In this document: positions 56,479 to 64,000 of the stretch, one piece after another
Numbering within the stretch: the first letter of the stretch is position 1
Layout: the number at the start of each line of letters is the position of its first letter
Assembly (NCBI GenBank): GCA_012295275.1
Contig: CM022679.1
Span: 30,442,001 to 30,506,000 of the forward strand
Direction of reading: 5' to 3'
From: Chrysomallon squamiferum
Taxonomy: Eukaryota > Animalia > Mollusca
Length of the DNA stretch: 64,000 nucleotides
Position numbers and translations under genes: made by a program
The notes under the pieces: model-generated
What the model was told of the DNA's origin: nothing
The model's input: the letters and a program-made list of their open reading frames with translations, nothing else
Database searches by the model: none

Positions 56479-57200
56479 ACGTGTTCGTGTGTGTACCCAC
56501 ATATCAGTCTATCTAAACACATACGTTATATAAACTATATATATAGCTAACTACGTTCATAATTATATTAATTAAAAAAAAAAAAATTATAAAATAAAAA
56601 TAAAATGTAAAAACAGAAGAAAATGAATCCACGCTGTATTACATTAAACTTCCAACAAACCCGTTATGTAATTTTATGTTGGATAGGTCCTGGGTCATCT
56701 GATAAAGCTTTCAGCTAGAAGCCGTATGGTTGTTAATAGATAATAACCAGGAACAAACGGAGGGGGTGGTGGGGTGGTGGGAAGGAGAAGAAGAAAAAAC
56801 AAAAAACCAAGAAGACGACGACGAAAAATGAAAACCAGAAATGTCAGTGCTGCTTTATTAGAAAACAAAGATCGAAATCACGGACGGGTTTGGAAACACG
56901 AAATTACTTTTTGTTTCTAGAAAAAGAAACAATTATTTCAAATTTAATACGTAACATTTTTTTTTTTTTTTTTTCTGCAGCTTATCTTCCCCGATCGACA
57001 CGCCCGAATAACGATCTGTTTGATGCTAATTGTGTAGTATTATGTACTAAAGCACGCTCCACTGACTCCGAACTGAATCGAGTCACGTAACTGACACAAA
57101 CTGCGTATTTTTAGAATCACTTTTAACTGTAACAGTTACACAGCGAGATAAGTTTTACTTAATTAAACCCACTGACGTGGTGTCGCCTATTTGTGCAGTT

Positions 57201-57239
<39 letters not shown>

Positions 57240-57538
57240 TTATTATCATTATTACTGTTGTTATTGCAGTTATTATTATTATTATTGTTGTTGTTATTAT
57301 TATTATTATCATTATTATTATTATTTTATTATTATTATTTTTTGTTATTGTTATTATGATTATTAACGATAATGTTTGATGATGGTAAAGAAATGATTTA
57401 AAGATCAGTGTCTCGCTTTCTCAGACCGTAATACAAATCTAACAACAAAAAAAATAAAGATAAAGAAAGAAAACAAAAAATGAATTAATTAAGATTTTAA
57501 GGTTTCTTCTTCTTCTTCTTCTTCTCCTTCTTCTTCTT

Positions 57539-57569
<31 letters not shown>

Positions 57570-58040
57570 TTATTATTATCATAACTATTTTATTTTTTTT
57601 ATTTATTATTTAAATTATGATGCTGCTGTTATCAGTAACGATTTTTTAAACACTGCCAAGTCTTTTTGTTTTGTTTTTTCAGTTTCCGAACAAATCACTT
57701 AGTCGAGATCGATTTTCTTTGTTGCCGAACATTTTAGATTAAAATCTTAATTTAAACTGTATAGATTTTATTGACGCTGAAAAATGAATTCATAAAATAA
57801 CAACAACAACGATGAAAACAGCAACAGGAAAAAAACCAGGAAAAAAAAATAAAAAAAAATATGGAGGAATGATAAATGGTTGTCAAAGACTGCAAAAAAA
57901 AAAATATAAATAAAAAAAATAAAAAAATAAACTGTATCTTACGAAAAGAATATTAGAATGAAAAAAGTAACAATAAATTCTAATACAGAGAAAAGAGTAT
58001 AACAAAAAAAAAAAATAAAAAAAATAAAAAAAATAAAAAA

Positions 58041-58086
<46 letters not shown>

Positions 58087-58958
58087 TGATAATAAAAATT
58101 ATTATAGTAATAGAAAAAAAAAACAATAAAAAAAAATAAATAAAAATAACAACAACAATAATAATACAAAATCGTTGATTTTTCAAACGCGACTTCTAAC
58201 AAACAGTGTGGGAGGGAGCGCCCGCTGTCTGTTGTTGTATTGATGACTGTTATCTAACTAACGCCTATAAAACTTCGATGTGCAGCTACTTCAAAAGAAA
58301 CGAAGAACGTACAGGAATGTGCTCGGCTATGACAAGAATGCGGCACTTTATTGCCGTTCCGTTTGTATGAAAGAAAATTACGAATCGGCTTTTTGCACGC
58401 TATTATATTTTAACAGCATTACGATGTTGGTTTTAGCAGGGATGGGAGAAATTGCTTGCTTAACATGAAATTGTTCTCCCAAAACGTCCGCCTACGCAGT
58501 TATTCACGGGGGAATGTATTTTTGATTGTTTTGCGGTCTTTGAACCTTTTCCGCCCATACCATAATTGTTTCTCATCGTTATAATGTGTATTTTTATATG
58601 CGTCTGCTATTCGATTGCAAGGGTCACTCGGTACATAGATGTGTTGTAAGTAATAGGTGTCTGTGTGTACGTATTTGCATATGAAAGACGGTAATAATGT
58701 TACGAGCGAAATGAAAGTGTCACAAATCTTTTCATACCACTGACAAAGTTAAAGTATTTATTATTATTACTATTATTATATATTAGTGCTAAAAACACTA
58801 ACTAAATGAATGAATGAATTCTTTTTTTTTTTTTTTTTAAATTTTAAAATGGTAATGAAAATGATGATGATGATGATGATGATAATAATAACAATTCTTT
58901 GAGGTAATGTTTCTGAAATCGTAATTAATTAGAATAGAAATGAAAAGAAAAATACAAA

Positions 58959-58997
<39 letters not shown>

Positions 58998-60121
58998 ATA
59001 GAGCACTAGTACACTAACTGATAAAACAGACGTACACGAACGTACATACGTACATGCTTATACCACCAAATTTAGTACATTATATAATGAACTGAAATTC
59101 TCTAGATCAACACAGACAGACAGACAGAAAGGCGGACGGAAAGTTAACTCGTGGACAGATGAATCGATAAGTCTGTCTGTTTTAATTATCCCCAACAATA
59201 GCAATTAACAAAAAAAAAAAAAAAAAAAAAAAAAAAGATAGAAATTTCTTACTATTATCTTCTCTTTTTGTTATCGTTAAGAAAAACAAACGGAAACCCA
59301 CCATAAAAAAACAACAACAACAAGAAATAAAAAAGCACAAACAAAACAGCAACAAAAAAAGCACAAACAAAACAGCAACAAAAAACAATAAACAACAAAA
59401 AAAACCCCAACAACAGAAGAACAAACAAACAAAAGAAAATAAACACAAAACAAAAGCAAACAAACAAACAAACAAAAACAACCAACAACAAGGAAAACAA
59501 ACAACAAAAACAAACAAACAAACAAAACAAATATTAGAAAGACAGTTATATTAATAAATTTCATCATCCACATCTTTTTTTTTGTTCAGTATAGCTACCA
59601 ATCCCTCCCACACACATACAACGGATTGTACGTAATCTTAATGCGAAATTTAAGCTTAAGATATTTGTTTCAGAAAACTTCGTCGCAACAAAATGGGCTC
59701 TGGGAATAACAAAACGAAGCATTACTACAGATAATTCTCAAACTATGTAAATTGTTTAACGGTAGAAGGAAATCCCGAGGCGCTCGGACTCTGATAAGAA
59801 GAGAGATATTGTCCAGTCGGGGCATCGTTTCGGACCTCGTGAAATTTACATACAGAAAAGAGAAGCTGAAGTAGCCAGTGAGACTTCCTGGTCAGCGGAC
59901 ATCAATCAATTTCTCAATATACATTTATATAACCAGTCTCAGAAGAATGACTGAATGAATGAATGAATGAATGAATGATGGAGAGAATAAAGGAAAGATG
60001 AAAGAATCGTTGAGTGAAACTGAATGGAAGAAGCTGTACGTAGATGTATTTAATAGATGTCCTGTGTTAGGAATGGAGCAGGAAATGAGAATATTCCAAC
60101 ACAGTATTGATCATATTGTCA

Positions 60122-60385
<264 letters not shown>

Positions 60386-60678
60386 TTTTTCTTCTTATAG
60401 ATATATGGAACGTATGTATGTATGTATGTATGTTTGTATGCATGTATGCTTGAATGTATATTTGCATGTATGCATGTATTCTTATATATGTGTGTGTGTG
60501 TGTGTGTTTGTTCAGGCATATATGTTTGTATTTGTATATGTGTATAAGTTAGAAGTGATAGTCATTTCTTGACAAATGTTAACAGAAAAATTCTGTATAA
60601 TTGCAACACTGAGATAAAGGTTGTTAAAATCAAGACTAAAAAAAGCTAATTATTTACATGTATTTTTACAATTTATAA

Positions 60679-60727
<49 letters not shown>

Positions 60728-61615
60728 GTAACAACACAAACAGAAAAAGAAATGGAAGAGAGCAAAAAAAAAAAAAAAGAAGAAAAAAAAAGATTAATTA
60801 TACAGAGCTAAAAGGCCGGTGACCTTTCCTCCGTTGTATACGAACAGTGACGTCAAATCATTGAACTTAATACCGTTCCAAAGTGAACGCAGTGAAAAAC
60901 GACAGTAGTCGTTTAGAATATATTGGCGAAACCAAAGTGGAGATTTCCGGTCAGACAATTAGAGTTGTCAGACTTGAATGTTTCCTGGCTTGTTGACATC
61001 ATGTAGGACGTGAGATCGAATGTCAGTTTCGGCGAGTTTCTTATTGAAATCGTCACGATCGTTTATTTCAGAACGAGGCAAGCCTCCCGACCGGCACATG
61101 TCGCAGTCTATTTTTAGCACACGACGTAAAAATTCGATAATGGATCTGAGTGAAAACAGGAAGACGTAAAAAAAAAAAAAATAGAAAAAAAGTATCGATG
61201 GACAGAGAAGTGAATAGCACTACTGTGTTTTTTCTTTAAGAATCAGAAGGATCACAACAGTCTGTTTGTAACTGAACTGCGATAAAAATAAAATAAAGTA
61301 AAGCAATAAATAAGAATAAATAAAAGTACAGATTATACGACCAGTGTGTGTGTGTGTGTATATGTGTGTGATGTATGTGTGTATCTGTATACAACACTCA
61401 TGAAATTCTATTAAAAAGAAACACGATTTTAATTATGATGAAATTACATTTAGCAGTTAAGTCACAAAATACTGAATGTGCAACAAGAGTTTTGAAATCG
61501 TTATTATAGATATATCGGTACACCATTCTATTCATTCACTGTATCTAATTCAGGGAAGACTTTCTGGTTTTCACTGAGATCTCATATGAGCTCAGGAATC
61601 ATTCATACTGACACC

Positions 61616-61713
<98 letters not shown>

Positions 61714-61956
61714 GTCATTCATGTGTTTATTGAACAAAAAGCTCTCATCAATCTGTTGCCTGTCTTTTAACCGGCAGCAAGGCAACTTTTAACAACAAAA
61801 AAGAGAGTTATTTTATTTATCTATTAATTTATTCTTTATTTATTTATTTATTTTTTTTCATTTTATAATTTTATTTTTGAAATGTTTGTTTGTTTATTAT
61901 CGTTTCCTTATTTTGGTAATACACAAACACATACACACACACAAACACACACACAG

Positions 61957-61996
<40 letters not shown>

Positions 61997-63298
61997 ACAC
62001 ACACGAATATTAGACTTAAATCCTGCTCTCTCTTTATAATTCCAAAATGTGAAAAATTGCTACATCCAACACACAAAGTTTTTAAAAAGGGATCCTTAAC
62101 CAACACCAACGATATATATATATATCAGGATAACTCCTCAACGAAACTGATAACGAAGGAATAAAATGAAAACAAATATCTTCTTTCAAAGTCACATTTA
62201 CTGTTATTGAAAAAAAATGGTCAAGACAAATTAAGGAAAAAAAAATATGATATTTTTTTTTTCTTTTCTTCATCAGAAGCAAACGTATTTTTTTTTTTTT
62301 TTTTTTTTTCATTTTTTTTTTTTCCAGTGAACCCTCCCATAGGCTGTAAAAACCTGAACTGTGACCTTTTTGCACGAACCAGACATTGTGGCGTCAAACG
62401 GCTCCGAGCCTGAAAGTGTTTCAGACGATCTCGTTGAAATATTGTCACATGACTGTTTATTCTTCCATTTTGAATAAACAGCGCGGAATTATGAAAACAT
62501 CGGCGGTTAGTGTCACGTGAAAGATGATGAAAAACGAAGATGTATGAATGTATGTATGTGTTGTTGTTGTTGTTGTGGTGGTTAATTCTGTGACAAGAAA
62601 ACAATGAATTCAGTTAACACCGTTTAACGTGACTTCTGCTGTCATACGTTGTTTACAGTTTGTGATGTGTGGTCGTGCAAACGTGTGCTAAACGAGTTTC
62701 AGTCTACGTAATTCTGACTGTTTTCTCAGAGTTCGTTTTAATTGTTACTATTTTGTTACTTTCGTTATTATTATTGTTGTCATTATTATTGTTATTGTTA
62801 TTATTATTATTGTTATTATTATTATTGTTATTATTGTTGTTGTTGTTGTTGTGTTGTTTTTATTTACGTTGAAATGATTGTTTTTCTTTCTTCTGAAAAC
62901 AACAATTTTGATTTAGTTATTTTAATTGTTTATCCAGATAACAAATCACGATTTAAAAAAAATAATAATAATAAAAAAAAAAAAAAAAAAAAAAAAATAA
63001 ACTAAAATTAAAAAATAAAAAATAAAATAAAATAAAGTAAAATAAAAAAATAAAAAATAAGAAATAATAAATAAAATAAAATAAGAACAATAATACTTAT
63101 CAGCGACTCAGTCTTTAGTGCATTTGGTCACGGCATAAATATAATTTATATTATTACAATATAACTATACAATAATTTTTTTTTTTTATTCTTTTTTTAT
63201 TATTATTCTTCTTATTCTTCTTCTTATTATTCTTCTTATTATAATCTATTATTGTATGTAATCATATATATATATCGTATATGTAATTAATCTTATCT

Positions 63299-63435
63299 TG
63301 GTAGTCGAGTCGATTGGTTTCACAATTCACCATGGAGAGCAGGAGTTCTAGGTTCGAGTCTCGTCAGCTACATTTGATATTTGGACCTTGTCTTGTGCCA
63401 CCGCCTAACTGAATATCTGAATTGGATACGTAAAA
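63299..63435 (+). mobile_element. Degenerate tRNA-derived SINE (head plus possible body remnant)
   Basis: A-box-like tggtagtcgagtcgattgg at 63299, B-box GGTTCGAGTC at 63351-63360, then gtgccaccgcctaactgaatatctgaattggatac, loosely like conserved SINE central-domain sequence. No intact cloverleaf. Confidence 0.5.
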
Positions 63436-63867
63436 AGAGTTCTCCATACCATACTGAATGCAGAGTCTAATCAGACATACACAAAACAAAAGAATATTAA
63501 TTCCTTAATAATTATATACATACCTAATACTTTACACATTACTTACAAGTAAACAATAATAATAACAATAACAATAATAATAATAACAACAACAACAACA
63601 ACAACAATAATAATAATAATAATAATAATAACAATAACAACAACAGTATCGATACTAACAAGAGTAATAACAATAACAGTAATAACAAAAACCAGAAAGT
63701 ATTTTAACACGGAGTAGCTTTTCTCAGTAAGTGTTATGACTGTATGAGACAAAACGTGTTAAGCTGTAGACCTGTTTATCTACGTGGTAACCTGATAGGT
63801 TGTAGTTTACTTATCTTCTAACACGAAACCAGTCTGAAATTATCTTTAAGTATAGTTCATTTAATAG

Positions 63868-63911
<44 letters not shown>

Positions 63912-64000
63912 AAAAATAATAATAATAAAAAAAAAAAAAATATATATATATATTGTTTTATTTACTTTCATAACTTTGAAGAGTTATTTGTTGAATTTGA

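Overview
AT-rich, extremely microsatellite-dense animal genomic DNA with spliceosomal GT-AG introns. The repeat style resembles a mollusc/octopod cephalopod genome, but that is inference only. Three plus-strand protein-coding genes can be built by hand. (1) The last coding exon of DNA-3-methyladenine glycosylase (MPG/AAG), 612-991. (2) A complete four-exon group XII secreted phospholipase A2 (3880-13172, 181 aa) with an intact His-Asp catalytic dyad and a KDEL-like C-terminus (HSEF). (3) A complete four-exon secreted trypsin-like S1A protease with two highly basic, truncated TSP1-like repeats (37424/37478-52827, about 497-515 aa). Almost all other ORFs in the track are simple-repeat artefacts. 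The best unexplained signals are a roughly 300-nt GC/CpG-rich island of consecutive hairpins in PLA2 intron 3, a 30-bp anchor motif shared by three (ACT)n poly-Thr arrays up to 25 kb apart, a TTCTAGAA-core minisatellite, a candidate 30-nt in-frame micro-exon, extreme GC3 in the large protease exons, and complementary (GA)n/(CT)n tracts inside introns. No CRISPR, rRNA, intact tRNA or autonomous transposon is supported. I cannot demonstrate a new biological system from the sequence alone; the findings are testable candidates.
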